A DNA stretch of 63,996 nt, filler included, from Reclinomonas americana ATCC 50394 (GCA_048213135.1; 5 parts of 5 records of this genome joined end to end with filler, not necessarily neighbours in it); one strand, 5' to 3'. Positions 1-14,117 are shown, counted from the first letter of the whole stretch. Notes: generated by a model not told the origin, from the letters alone. Translations and numbers: made by a program.

Positions 1-62
1 ATGGCATTCGGTTTGTTTTTTTTGTGAGTGATGCCGTGGATGCTGACTCGAGAGTGGTGCAG

Positions 63-2254
63 GATATCTACTCCAAGAAACTAATCAGCGAGGGTGTGAT
101 CACGGAGGAGGAGTTGAAGGACATGATTCGTGGCATTGACGACAACTTGGAGGCCGAGTTCAAGGCCAGCAAGGAGTACAAGAAGAAGGAGGGCGAGTGG
201 CTGGAGAACAACTGGCAGGGTGCGTGCGTGTGTGGGTGGTTAGGAGCAGGGGATGGTTGTCAGCAATGATGTTCGATATTAGTCTTTGTTGAGGCACTCC
301 GGGGTCGGAGTGCCGTTGAGATCAACATTTTTTCTCTGAGCTTGACATTGTCTCTCTCCCTCCTTGCTGTGTTCTGCCTCTCGTGGCTGTCACTTTGCTG
401 ACTGATGTTGCGTGTGCGTGATGCATGGCAGGCTACAAGCGTATCAAGGAGCAGGGTGTCATCAAGCCGACTGGCATTGAGCTCGGTGTGTGTGGACATG
501 GTATATGTCAGCATTTTTTTGTGTTTTCTTATTTGAGTCATGTTGATGGGCAGGCGCACTGCGTGAGCTGGCCGCCAAGATTTCAACGCTGCCGCAGGAC
601 TTTACTCTGCACCGTGGTGTGAAGCGTGTGTACGACTACCGTGAGAAGGTGGCCGCGCTGGCTGCCGACGACAAGAAGGTCGACTGGGGCATGGGCGAGC
701 TGCTCGCCTACGCTTCGTTGCTGCGCGAGGGCATTCCTGTGCGACTCAGGTTTGTGGACAACCTCAGCGCTTAGCTTTTCCCATTATTATCACTCAACCC
801 GCCCTGCGAAACAAAAAAATAGTGGCCAGGACTGCGAGCGCGGCACGTTCAGCCACCGCCACGCACTTGTGCACGACCAGAAGATCCCTGGTCGCGAGTG
901 GATTCCGCTCGACAACATGTACGACAAGCAGGGCAAGTTCCGCGTCACCAACTCGCACTTGTCAGAAATGGGCGTGCTCGGCTTCGAGCTCGGTATGTGT
1001 GTGTGCGATTCTCCATCGACGCACACGCCAGCAAGCTGACCACTCGTGTCCATTACGCAGGCTACAGCCTGGAGCACCCGCTGCTTCTGGTGCTGTGGGA
1101 GGCGCAGTTTGGCGATTTTGGCAATGGAGCCCAGATCATCATTGATCAGTTTATCGCCTCGGGCGAGCGCAAGTGGAAGCGGCAGTCGGGTCTCACCCTC
1201 CTGTTGCCACACGGCTACGATGGCCAGGGTCCGGAGCACTCTAGCGCGCGTCCAGAGCGCTTCTTGCAGCTTTCGGACGATGACCCAGAGTTGGTGCGTT
1301 GCCTCGTTCACTCGAGAGAGCGTGATCGCGGCTGACTCGTTTGATTTTTCGCAGTTCCCGCCAATGACGGCTGCACACCAGCTGCAGACGGCAAACATGG
1401 CAGTGTGCAACATCAGCACACCCGCCAACTTGTTCCACGTGTTGCGGCGACAGGTGCGGTTTTTCATTCTGCTCTCACTTCTCTCTTTCTTTTCTCATTC
1501 CCTCGTCACAGATCCACCGCGATTACCGCAAGCCACTGGTGATCATGACACCGAAGAAGCTTCTGCGCCACCCGCTGGCGGTGTCCTCTATGGAGGAGTT
1601 TGGTCCCGGCTACGAGTTCCAGTCGATCATTCCCGGTTCGTGTGTGTGTTTGTCTCTTCGGTGGTTGTTGTCGTCGTCGTCGTCGTCGCTCACTCGCAAG
1701 CGCAGAGACCGAGAAGCTCGTGCCACCGAATGAGGTCACCCGCCTCGTTTTCTGTTCTGGCCAGGTCTACTACGATCTGTTCGAGCGACGCAAGGAGCGT
1801 GACATCCATGTGCGTGATTCACCAACTTGTCGTTCGTGGCTCTCGAAAGAAAAGACACTCGCTCACCAATCCGCGCCACGCAGGACGTCGCCATTGTCCG
1901 TGTGGAGCAAATTGCTCCGTTCCCGTACGCTGCCGTTGCCGAGCAATGCCAGAAGTACCCGAAGGCCGAGGTTGTGTGGTGCCAAGAGGAGCCGCAGAAC
2001 CAGGGCGCTCTGAACTTTGCCGTGCTGCGCATCAATGTGTGCCTGCAGGATGGTCGCCGATGTGTGAGTACCATTGTCCCCTGCCAACATCACCAGTCGT
2101 ATGCTCCGTCGCTGACCCGTGTACCCTGTGCTTTTCTCGCTTGCAGTCACACGCCAGTCGCGAGTCGTCGGCATCGCCGGCCACCGGCTCACCCTACGTG
2201 CACGAGTTCGAGCGCAACTTGCTGCTCAACGCTGCGCTGCGCATCCACGACTAA
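63..2254 (+). CDS. OGDH: 2-oxoglutarate dehydrogenase E1 component (3' part, multi-exon, 5' end outside window)
   Basis: Spliced exons give [110 protein letters not shown] introns; TAA at 2252-2254. Confidence 0.96.
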
Positions 2255-2395
2255 GCGAATGCGCGAGGCGTGGGCTGTACCCTTGTTTTTTTTTCTCTCT
2301 CTCTTGTATGTTTCGGTTTCGAGTGAAGGTCGTTTATTCTACGTATCACGTCCGTCCTCCTCCATCGTCCTTTCACACCGCGCAGCATAGCAACG

Positions 2396-3672
2396 ATGGG
2401 AACGATGCGACTGGCCCACTGTTGCGTCGCCCGGCGATCGACACCACCAGCGCATCGTCGCATGCTCACCAAGTACGCACACAGTGTCAGACATTCACGT
2501 GCTGCCGTCGTCGGCCGGCCTCTTTTCACACGCACTCTTGTCACCGAAACGCATGCTCGGCGCGCTCAACATCAAATGGCGTCGCGGTCGCAACGCATAC
2601 CCGCCCGCGCTGGTCACTCGCAGCCTCGACGATGCAAAGCAGCAAGTGTGTGCGCGTGTGAGAGTAAGAGATCATCATCTTTTGTCGTCGTCGTCGTCTC
2701 ACGTGGTGGCGCTTGTCATTCAGGGCGCGAATCACTTTTTCGTCACTGGTGACCTCACCAACTTGGCCACCGAGGACGAGTTCGCGTACGCTCGCCATCT
2801 CCTGGCGGCCGGTGCGCGGATTTCGAGACAACTCGCCCTGTGTGTGTGCTCACTTTCCTTTTTTGATGCAGACGCCTCGGTGTGGCAACACTCGACGGTG
2901 ATACCCGGCAACCACGACATCTACACGTACGGATGCCCGCTGCACGATCGGTTCGCCCGACACTTTCTGCCGTCGGGCGTGTCGACAGCAGCGGCGTTTC
3001 CGCTGCACAGCACAGTGCAGAGCGGCACGCAACGTGTGCAGATCCTGGCGTTCAACTCGGCCGTCCCCAGACCGCTGTTCATGTCGGGAGGGCGTGTGTC
3101 GGCCGAGCAGTGGGAACGAGCAGAGCAACTGTGGTCACCGCAGGTCGGTCGGATCGAGTCTCCCCTCTCCCTTCCCGCCCCACATGCTGACTGTGCGTCG
3201 CAGAAACCGAGTCCCGACGTGTTCCGTGTGGTGGTACTGCATCATCCACCACTGCCACGGCGAACACCTCGCTCGCAAACCATGCACGGACTGGACGCGG
3301 TCGACATTGAGCGCATGGCGCAGTTCTGCGAGCGGCATCACGTCGATCTGGTGCTGCACGGTCACACGCACACACCGAGTGCCGTTGCGTGCTCCATCCA
3401 CCGTCTTCCCTCTCTCAGTATCGCCCGCACCTCACTCCACTCCTCTCCTTCCCTCTCCCTCCCTCTCGCAGCGCCGACTGGCGAACAGCGCCGGAACGCC
3501 CGTCTACGAGTCCGGCAGCACCACGATGCTGGCCGAGAATCCACTCGTGACGGCACGCTACAACATGTATGAGGTGCGCGACGGCAAGCTGGTACGCGCA
3601 TGGTCGCGAGTCTTCGACACGAAGAGCAACTCGTTCCGCGAGGTCGACCTGCCGGTGCTGCATCCCGAATAG
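2396..3672 (+). CDS. Calcineurin-like metallophosphoesterase (CpdA-like), 6 exons
   Basis: All five motifs appear after splicing: AHLSDIH, TGDLT, PGNHD, LHHP, LHGHTH. Confidence 0.9.
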
Positions 3673-3754
3673 AAGAAACCCCCCCCCCGAATAATGATGA
3701 TGCTGCTGTTAACATTATAGTGCTGCCTAGAATTGCATTTGTTGTCTACACACG

Positions 3755-6010
3755 TCAGTCGCCGACCTCTGACGCTATTACCGTGTTGAGCAGTGTGGTG
3801 CGTCGATCGACCTTGCTGATGTCCAAGTGCACCGCACCGCCGCCATTGTGGCTGTGGAGCGAGCGCAGCGTGAGTCAATGACCCCCACGGCGACATAATG
3901 CACAGCAGACAACGCAACTGATCGCGTACAATCGCACAGAGAGTGCGCAAAGAACTCGGCAGAATCGTTCCCGCCACAAAGACACCATGCACCGTGCGAC
4001 CACCTTGCTGAAAATCGCGAAACTCCAGCTGCAACATTTCAGGTACCATAAGTCGGCGCAACAAGACTCGAAGCTGCAGTCACACGCGCGCACCCGTAAT
4101 GACTGCAGTGTGCCATTCACGAACGCAGACGGACTCAGCAGTTGCGGCACGTCGGCAGTGAACCGTCGGCACTCATTCAGCAACACATCAAACACCTGTC
4201 GCACACTCTTGCCTCGCGCCACCACATGCACACAGTTCGCCCTGTGTGAAGCACGCGCGTGGGCGACAATCAACGAGCATCGTCTGGTGATTCTGAACAG
4301 AGAACGCAACTTGGCGGCGCCTGGTCGCACACCCGGCGTGAGGTCAAGTGGTCTCAGCTCCACATCCAATCCTGCAACACCGCCGAGCGTCAGCAACGTG
4401 TGCGGGAAAGGTGCAGTGCAGCTCGAGCCAACCTTCTCGATCGAGCACGTTGCGCACATAGGGCGGGACCGGAGTCCACACAGCCAGAGGTCGATTGCCG
4501 GCACCGCGACCAAAGAAGGCACACTCTGTCGGCCACAACACATAAAAGTATTCACACAATCCGTTCTGATAGGAGGACCACAACGAAGTCATGGCCTGCT
4601 CCCTGGAGGTGACGACGATAGTAGGACGGTGAGATACACAAGCGGGTGGCAGCCATGCATCAACGCACGCAAACCATTCGCGTATTCTCGACGTCAGGAA
4701 CGCCGAGTCGTCGGCCGACAGGCTGCTCAGCACAGGCGACAGCGTGTCGAGTGTTTCCGTGTCCACGGCCGAACTGCACGCAGCACTCACGAGAATGAAC
4801 AAACACACGACTGTGGTGCAGATGGTGAAGACCCACGAGTGGATTATCGCACCTTCGTTCCTGCGCGACCTTGAGGTGCGCAGCGGTACTGGCTGGCACG
4901 GCTGACGAAGGATGCGCAAAATACAACAGGCCCTGGCACAGTGAGCGCGTCTCGCCAAACACCTCATCCTGTGCACTCTCATGTCAATGGACGGCTTGCT
5001 TCACGATACACGGAGAGACACGCGAATGACGCACCTCGGCGGCGTGCACGCCCAGACACTTGAGCAACGCCGACGTGTGCTCCGTGGATCGCGTCTGCTG
5101 GCACCACGCAAACGGCGACGACGAAGTGAAAGCCATTTCCGTGCGCAGAATCCAGTCACGCGGCACATTGTCGGCACGCTACGCACCACAGCAACGAGCA
5201 GCGCATGTCAGACGGGGAGAAAAACGAACACAACACTGAAAACTGATGAGCACCTCGGTCGGTGGCGCGGCCGCAGCAACGCGCAGAGTCAACAGCTTCA
5301 CCATCGACCCCGTTGTCGTTGTAGTGGTGGCGGTCGTCGTTGTCGCAGCCGCCGCCGCAGCAGCAGCAGCCGCAGCAGCTGCCGATCCAACTTGCACCTT
5401 GCGAGACGCCGCCGCACTCCGCGCAATCACCTCGTCCACCCATTCTTGCTCCGAGGCAGTCGCCGGTGCAGCACCAACCGCACCCGCAATCATCTCGTGG
5501 AACCCATTCTGCAGCCCCGCTCCCAGCGCCGCGTGTCGCGACACGTCCTCCTGCATCTCCATTGTCAACAACACCGCGAGACACACACACACACAGACAC
5601 ACACAGACCTCCCAACTCGTCAGTCGTCGCACACCGTTGGCCGCTGCAGTGGTCGTGGTGGCACCTCTCAACTGGCGATCACTATCATCGTCGTCATCTT
5701 CATCATCATCATCGGCTTCACCATCATCATCGCGATCGTCGCCTTCATCGTCGACATGAGGAGTTCGCTGCCGCGACCGGGATGCTCGCGTTGAAGGCGC
5801 TGGCGGTGACTTGCTGGTGGGCCGGCGTCGCGCCAGTGGCAGTGGCGATGGCGGTTTTCGTGGAGGTGAGGAACCCGATGCAGCCGCTGTTGTCGTTGTT
5901 GTGCGTGTGGCTGGCGCCTGCAAGAACTTTTTCCGCTTGGTCGCCGGTGCACCGTTGCCGAGTGACCCGTTCAGCCCAGTGACGGACTGGTCCTCGGCGG
6001 CGCGTTTCAT
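3755..6010 (-). CDS. DONSON: DONSON (downstream neighbour of SON) replication factor, multi-exon; 3' end approximate
   Basis: PRDWILRTEMAFTSSSPFAWC, GLCEYFYVLW, VPQLLSPSAFVNGTLQSL and GTILPSSLRTL resemble the conserved DONSON blocks (DWSIKT..FTSSQPF, CPYFYV, PTLLSPVAF). Confidence 0.8.
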
Positions 6011-6072
6011 GCACAAGCAACGTGGACGGTTTGCGATGACAAATGACGTCAATTTCCCGCAATTTTGTATTA

Positions 6073-7690
6073 CTATGTAGGTGCTTGCGAGGTGCACCAC
6101 TGGTAGAGGCGACTGTTGACAGTGTGCAGTCGTTGCACTTCTGCTTCTAGCTCGGCTAATCTGGCGGCAAGCGCGGCGGCATCCGACGATGAGGACGATC
6201 CGGCGGCTTCGTCGGCATCGCCGGCCGGTCGCGCCACGCGATCGTGCAGGAACCGGTGATCGTCGAAATGGAAGGCTGCGTCGTCGCGCGAGGGCGAATC
6301 GTCAATGTCCATGCCACACGGTGGCAGAGTGGTGTCTGCGCAGGATGCGTAAGCATGCAGGGAAACGAGGGGATTTTCGTCGTTGTTACAGACCGTCGTT
6401 CATGACCGCCGGCAACTTGCGCAGCGGCACCACTGGATGTGGTGGCGCGGCCGAGAACTCCTTCGTGTCGGCCACTGTGACAATGGTGACTCCCATCACC
6501 GGCGAGCCACGGTGCTTCTCGAACGAGCGAACCGTCTGACCGCTCATGGTGTCCCACACTCGGAGGGTGCCGTCGAGCGAGCTTGACACCAGCGTCCCAT
6601 CGTGTGCCGTGCACAGGCCCGTGACGGAAGACCTGCGTAAACGCTGTGAGTGTGCTGACGAAAATGGGGAGCTCGTGGGGCGCCACCGCAACTTGTGACC
6701 GACAAGAGTGCGTGAGGCGGCGCTCGACGAGGTGGCGAGGAACGCCGAAGCAGCATTCGGTGCCACGGGAAACAGTTCGAACGCAAAGATGCGCCCATCG
6801 TCGGCTCCCACATAGCAGGTGGAAGCGAGGGTGTCGGTGGTCACCGAACGCAGCGCCGACGGGAACGCCATGGACCACACTGACTGGCCGGTGAGCAGAT
6901 CCCACATCTTGCACGTGCGATCCGACGACACCGACAGCAGCAGCGGCGCCATGCCGAGCGCAGTGGAGCACACAATGTCGGTGACGGCCAGCGTGTGCTC
7001 GGCCAGCGTCAGTCGCGGCATCGCCTCGCCCTGCGACAGCACCTCGGCGAGATCCCACACACGCACCAGTGAATCCTCCGAGGCCGAGATCAGCAGTGCA
7101 CCGTCGGCGCTAAAGCACAGCGCACTGACGCTCTTGTAGTGCGCCTCCCAACTGCGACACATGTGACCGGTGCGGATCTACAGAGAGCAGTGAGCGCGTG
7201 GATCAATGGCACACGTACACACGCATGCATGCAGACCTCCCACACATGCAACGATCCACCAACGCCACCGCCGACCACATACAGCCCGTCTGGCGACATG
7301 GCAACACTCGACAGTCGCTCCGGAGTTCCACATCGATACAGCGGCTGGTCCTGCACGACGCGGGAGTCAGCACAACGCCACACAGCACTGACATGGACAG
7401 ACAGCGAAGAGACAAAGAACCTTGGTGGCGGTATACATACTGACACTCGATCGCCCACTGTGCGCCGACACGACAACTGGTCCACCGCCATGCGGACTGC
7501 ACACGAGCGCCACACCATGCGCCGGTGCGCCACTGCCACCAGCGTCGCCCACGCGCCACGCTCGCATCACCGATCCCGTCGACAAGTCGTGCGCATACGC
7601 CACCACCGAAGCCGACGACGATGACGACGAGGCATCATCGCCACCACCGGTGGCCAGTGATGTCCACGAAATCACAACGCTGGTGCTCAT
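6073..7690 (-). CDS. WDR18: WD40 protein WDR18/Ipi3 (Rix1 complex)
   Basis: SPDGLYVVGGGVGGSLHVWE..TGHMCRSWEAHYKSVSALCFSADGALLISASEDSLVRVWDL, plus C-terminal coiled coil LAELEAEVQRLHTVNSRLY. Confidence 0.85.
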
Positions 7691-8189
7691 GTTTGCGTGT
7701 GTTGTGCGTGTGTGAATGTGCCGTGATGTGCAGATGTCGGCAAGCAAGCCCTCGCGTGGTCCACTCGCGATGCAGACTCACACCAATCGATGGTACGAAC
7801 AAGAAACAGAGGCGAGACACCCGCACGCGCAAGCCGAGATGAACACAAACAATGAGACACCGAGTGGGACAATCGTTGCTGGTGAAATGGCGGCCAATTG
7901 CAACGGGTCCCTTTCTCGATTTTTCAGTCACACTCAGCGTGCACGCTCTCTCTCTCTCTCTCTTTCTCTCTGTCTCGCACTGTCTGCGTGCCTGTTTGCT
8001 GCACTCTGCGTAGTGTGCACGTGCGTGCGATTGTCGTTGTCGCGACACCAAGAGACCGTTTTGTTTGCGCGACGAGCAGAAAAAAATAAGGTGGGCCCGC
8101 TGACCGATCGTGGTCCCACTTTCATGTCCATCACGCTCATTCCTCTCTCTCTCTTGTGTCTCTTCTGTGTGTGTGTGTGCACAGTAAGC

Positions 8190-11100
8190 ATGGGTGATCT
8201 GCAGTGGCAACGCATTCCGCATGGTAACGGGCCTCCACCGCGCTTCGGATCGTGCATCGTGCCCTTTGCAGGCTACCTCGATCAGTACTTGGTGTTTGGT
8301 GGCACCAACCAGAGTGTCTTCTTCAACGACATTTACACGTTTTCCACGAGTTGCGTGCGTGTCTGTGCGTGTCTGCGTGTGTCCGGCAACTCACGCTGCC
8401 TCACCGCAGGCACTGTGGAGTGGTACCGACGAGAGGGATGGGGCACTGTGCCACCGTCGATGTTTGCCTTCTCGACCTTTGTGCATGGCAATCATCTGTA
8501 CGTGTTTGGAGGCTACGGTGGCGCCTGCACCAGCGAACTGTACTCGCTGAGTTTTGGTGCGTCGCGTCACTCTCTCTCTCCCTCGTTCTCTCCTTCTCTC
8601 ATGCGCTCACTCATGCGTGTGTGTGCATGTAGACACCTTCGAGTGGGAGAACGTGATGACGACGGGCGATCGACCGCCTCCTCGATATCTGCACACCACC
8701 ACACGAGTCGGCGGTCTGGTGGTTCTGTACGGTGGCCAGGTCAGCGACGGCTCAGTCACCGACGACATGTACGTGCTGAGCCTCGTCTCCATGCGATGGG
8801 AGCGAGTGGTGTTTGCGCCGGGCGAGATGAAGCCGGTGGCTCGGTGTGCGCACTCGATGACGGCGTGGGATGGCTCCTGCGTACTCTACGGCGGCCGCTC
8901 CAAGAGCGAGCCCATGAATGATCTGTGGAGTTTTGACATTGGTGTGTGTGTGCGTGTGCGTGTGTGTGTACTCGCTGGTGGAGCTGGCGCTCGCTCACTC
9001 TTGCGCTTGTGTGCGATGCCCCAGAGAAACGCATGTGGACGCAGATCATTTCCGACGTCGCCACACCACCTTCGGTGTGCGAGCACTCGTGTGTGATGCT
9101 GCCGGACTTCCGCCTGTGTGTGTATGGTGGCAACAACGGGCGCACGCGAAGCGATCTGGTCTGCTTGTTCACACCGCGCTTCTCCGACTCGCGGACGCTG
9201 GTCACGGGTGTCGACATTCACGTTTTTGAGCCGCCGATCTTGAACCGGGAGACGGTTCGGTTTCTCCCATCTCCCTCCCCCCTCAGACCTCCGGCTCTCC
9301 TCCCTCACCACTCACTTCTCTGCAGTGCGGCTGGCCCACACGGCGGTCATTGCATGCGGCTGTTTCCGTGGCCAACAATGCACTCGGTCTGCGCACGGAG
9401 CGCGGTCTGCAGACTCACATGTTGATGTGGGGCGGTTTCGATGGTCGCCATGTTTTCGGCGATATGTACACTCTTTACGTGCCGCCCCGCGCCAACAATG
9501 CCATGTCGCTCACTGGCCTCAAGGCGCCCGTCGATGCGCCAGGTATGTACACGAGTGGCACCAGGGTGTCTGTCTGCCGTTGGGAGTTGTGAAGCCTGAC
9601 GCAATCACACTCTGTTGTGCTGGACAGACGAGATGTTGATTCTGGCCTTGCGTGACGGCTCCACTATTGAGGTGTCGCGGCCGCTGCTTGAGGCACACTC
9701 GACGTACTTCCGCACACTGACCACCGCCTCGCGCACTGTCATCATGTCGTCGGTGCCGAATGAGGCCGTGGAGCAGATGGTGGCGTTTTTGCAGGGTGGT
9801 ACGCTCACGGTGAGTGACATACAGACGCTGTGGTTTCGTCGACACATTCCTTTCTTGCTATTCAACTCACTCACTGTGGCGGTCTGCAGATCAAGACGTT
9901 CCGAGAGGGTGCTCAGCTGGTCGAATTGGCCGTGCGCTTCCGCCTTCCGGCGCTTCTGGAGCAGATCAAGCGCATTTTCAAGCAGCGCCAGCAGCCACAA
10001 GACCCGCCGTCACGTCGACGTGGTTTGTTTGCATCATTCCTGTTTTCGTGCTCCTGTTTGTTTTGCTGATCACTGGTGGCGAGCAGTTATTGGCGACGTG
10101 CCACTGCAGCCCGACGGCTACGAATACCTGATCAACATCAGTACTGTGACGGACTTGCTGGAGATGTGCGACGAGTTCAAGGCCGAGTTGCCGGATCTGC
10201 GCGACACCGTGGTGCACTTTATGGTGCGCAACTACCCAGAGGTGTCGGTCACCTCGCATTTCAAGATGCTACCGCGCCCACTCCGCGAAGAGGTCTGTCG
10301 GTGTTGTCTTTTGTTTGCGTCACCTTTTGCTCACCTGCGCTCGGCATAATAACAGATCCGCAATCGGTATCAAGCCCTGCTGTACTCGTCACCACTAGAG
10401 GAGCTTGACGATCCGACGCGGGCACTCGTGCTTGGCGTACACGACGCCACGCTTGCGGCGGTGTACGGCCGGCAGTCCACTCCGCAGGCGCAAGACCGCG
10501 AGTACGAAGAGTCGCCTGGCGAAATGTCGGCCGCATTCAGCATGCAAGGCCTGAGCCGCAGTGACTTCGACGACACTCCACAACCGCATTCGTCAATCAC
10601 AGCCAGGGCTCCGATTCTGCGCGACTCGCCGCCACCGGTCAAGCGCTCCATCTTTGATGGCCTCCCGTCGGGCACGTCACACCTCAAGTCCGCCACGCTC
10701 TTCCCCTCCACCGCCACCGCCACGCTGAGCAGCTTGCCGGCCGCCGTGCCCGTGGCTCAGCAGCTCATGCAACAGCAGCAAGGGTCGTTGTCTCAGGCGC
10801 CACCATCGATGCCGTCGGTGCGGTCGGCGTCTGTGCCTCGCTCACAGTCCTCGCCGGCACCGGCCATGCCGCCGCAGTCGATTTTCGATCGCGCAACGCC
10901 AGCGTCAGGAGTGTGGTCGTCGTCGACCAGCAGCACGGCAGCCACGCCACAAAGTATGTTGCCGTCGGCGTCGTCAACGCCGGTGCCGCCGTTTGAGTCG
11001 CGACGCACGGAGCAGTCGATTGCGGAGCGTCTGGAGGCAGAGAATGCGCTACTGCAGCAGCGCTCGATGGAGCAGCAGATGCGGCAGCAGCAGTACGCTG

Positions 11101-14100
11101 AGCCACGTATGGACGGACGCACACTGACACCGTTGGAGAGGCTAGAGCAGGATTACCGAGCGCGCCAGGGTGGAGGGCCACCACAGCAACAACAACAACA
11201 ACAACAACAGCCGCCACCACTGATCCAGTCGGCCGCCGACTTGGCCCTGGCACACACCGCAAACCCGGGCTCGTCGGCAGTTGACCAATTTGAGCGAGAC
11301 TTCCGTGAGCGACAGATGCAACAGACGGCGGCCATGCGATCGTTGCAGGACCAAACACTGCTGGGACCGCAGGCGCGGCGTACGGTGTCGCTCGAGGAGG
11401 AGTTTGAGGAGCGGCAACGCGAACTGCAGAGGCAGTCGGCCGCAGCCGGTCGACCAGCGGCCCCACTTGAGCAGCTGGAGGCGGAGTTGGCGATGAAACG
11501 CAAGCGCGACGAACCCCACCACGGGTACATTCCGCCGGTGCAACCGCCCTACGAGCAGATGACGCAGCTGCCGCGACCGGCGTTGCCGCTGGAGACGGAG
11601 CACGAGTTGCAGAGGACGCGAGCGCAGCAGCAGCAGCAAATGTCGGGTGCGCGATCGTCGCCAGAGCCACGGCACCAAGCCGATCCGTCCTCCGCCTTGG
11701 CTGTTCTGGAGCAGCGCTATGTGATGCAGCAGGCGGAGCAGCAAGCGGAGCGGAATCGCCAATTTGACGCACAGTACCAGCCGGCGACACAGGCAATGCC
11801 ACCACTGGGCCAGCTGGGACAGATGTCAGAGGGACCATCCAGGTCTGCTGGATCACCGCTGGAGCGCCTGGAGCAGGAGTACTTGCAGCGACACCCGCCG
11901 CAGTCGATCTTTGACCGACCGGGTGTGCCTGGAGCGCCGCCACCGGCCAGCGCCGCCACTTCGTCTGCGTTGGAACAGCTGGAGCGCGAGCGCAAGGATC
12001 GTCTGGATAAGATTGCTGCCGAAGCCGCGCAGCGCCAGAAGCAGCACGTTGCCGCGCAGCAGCCGTCGTCGTTTGACGGCAGCACGCCGGCACTGCAGCG
12101 GTTAGAGTCCGAGTATCGTCAGCGTCAAGTGGGGGAGCAAGCGGCGCAACAACAGCAACAGCAAGCACCAGGCGCAGGCCCTCGTCGTGCCAGTGCCGCC
12201 GAGGAGGAACTGCGACAGCAGGTATCGCAACTGCAGTACGATATGGCGCAATTGCGCAATCAGCAACAGACACGTGCTGCCTCCAGCGCGGCCCTGGGCG
12301 CTGCAATGGGAGCAGCCATGGCCAGCGGCTCTGTGCTTCCCGATGACAGCATTCCGCACAGCCGCAACTTCCCGACTCCACTGCTGCCTCAAGGCCAGTA
12401 CGCCAATTCTCCCATTGCACTCCCGCGCTCTGCCAGCGGTTCGGAGAGGTCACTGAGTGGTGAGTGGCGGAAGCCTGCATTTCTTTTTTTTGTTTCTTCC
12501 TCTCACCATGCCCAACAAAACATAGGTCGTGTCAAGCGTGAAGGCTCTGTGGCTCCGCGAATGCAGTCAGATGAGTGGACCTACGGAGGCATGCCACCGA
12601 GAGGTGACGAGCCGCCGTACAGCGGCGCGCGGGCGCCGTCGGATGTGGCCTCCGAGTCGTCCGAGTACGCTGAACCGCTGCAGTACATGTACGCGGAGAG
12701 TGGTGTGGGCGCGTCGGGTGGTCCACCGGGATCCACACCGCTGCCGCAGATTGCGCCGCCAGCTCGCATCATTCCCATGCCCGCGTCGTCTGCTAGCGAG
12801 GCATTCCTCACGACCGAGGATGCTCTCGGGCCGCGATCTTATCTGCCCGGCGATGAGCTCCGACAGCGTTCGCCCGTGTCGGTGGGACCACCGCCTGCCA
12901 CCCAACTGATGCCTGTGCCCACTGTGCCGTTGCGTCGCTAAGCAGCAAACGTGGAGAATTTTGTTGGTGCTCACTATGTTTGGATGCTGATCAGTGCCTA
13001 CGAGCCACCCATGGAGGTGCAGGACACGCATCGGCGTCCACTGCTGCGCAGTGGGTCTCCGTCTCTGGCCTCCCATCGCTCCATGAGTGCCATGGTACGC
13101 GCGCATGTGTATGTGTGCTGTCAATCGTCTTCTTTGATTGCTTACCGTGGTTGGTTTGTGCAGCCCACCAGTGGCACCGATCTCGACGATCTGGCGGATC
13201 TACCGCCGGGCGGCTCATTCGGTCGTCGTGTGGAGGATCTGTTGAGAAGACATCCACTTGACGAAGACCCGCTGTCCGATGTTTCTGGGATTGCGCCAAC
13301 ATACCCACAAAAGTGCGTTCAGTAGGCCTGCATCAGTGCTTTGCGGCGAGGCGTAACTGACCATGCGGGTATCGTGCAGAGTGGATCCCCGACAGAAGCA
13401 CGAGGCCATGGCGGCCGACATTGATATTGTGCGCTCCGAATTGTACGCTGCCATCAAGCAACTGCACGATGTGAGTGATGTGTGGTGGTGCCAGGACTTT
13501 AGGGATGCACGATACTCATCTTCGGATTATTTGCTGTGCAGTCGGAGGAGGCTGATCAGTTGGCAGAGACGGCAGCGGCACTCAACATGACGATGCGCCA
13601 GAAGCACTTGCTGAAGCCACAATTGCCGGCCACACCACCACCACGGTTAGCCAAACCACCGCGACCCGTCAACGCAGCTCCCGCACGTCGTTCCTCTGCA
13701 GCAACTGTCACACCAGAAAAGTACGTGTGCCATGTGAGCCTTTCGTGCACAGCGAGAGAGAGAAAGAGAGTAACCAACGACGCGCTGACAGGGAGTCGGA
13801 CGTTCCAATTTTGCACTCGTCAATGGAGGAAGGTCGCCGGCTGGCGCTGAAGCGTGAACGAGTCACATTCATGCGCACCATCAACGAGGAGAAGGTGTGT
13901 ATGAGTGCGCGCAGCACTGTACGTCGTGTCAGTTGTCGCTCACTGCATGGCACAGGCGGCATGGGTGGACGAAAATCACATTTTGCGCACACTGGTGAGC
14001 CTCCATCGAGCACACGGACCGGAGTCGTTTGAGTTCTTGGGGTGCGTCGCTCAATTCCCAATCTGTTGTAATCGCTCTCCGAACCACGCTCACGAGGACG

Positions 14101-14117
14101 GTGGACTACAGCTTTTT
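8190..14117 (+). CDS. Kelch-repeat + BTB(-BACK)-like protein with long Q/P/S-rich C-terminus; runs into N gap (may end at 14463)
   Basis: Kelch repeats (PPPRFG..LVFGG, LYVFGG, VLYGG, CVYGG, LMWGG), BTB-like VSRPLLEAHSTYFRTL and BACK-like LRDTVVHFMVRNYPEV; 2-kb exon at 10356-12460. Confidence 0.75.

Noticed and set aside
10765..12480. 571-aa antisense ORF and many similar overlapping ORFs
   Set aside because: These are shadows of GC-rich coding exons with no recognisable motifs.
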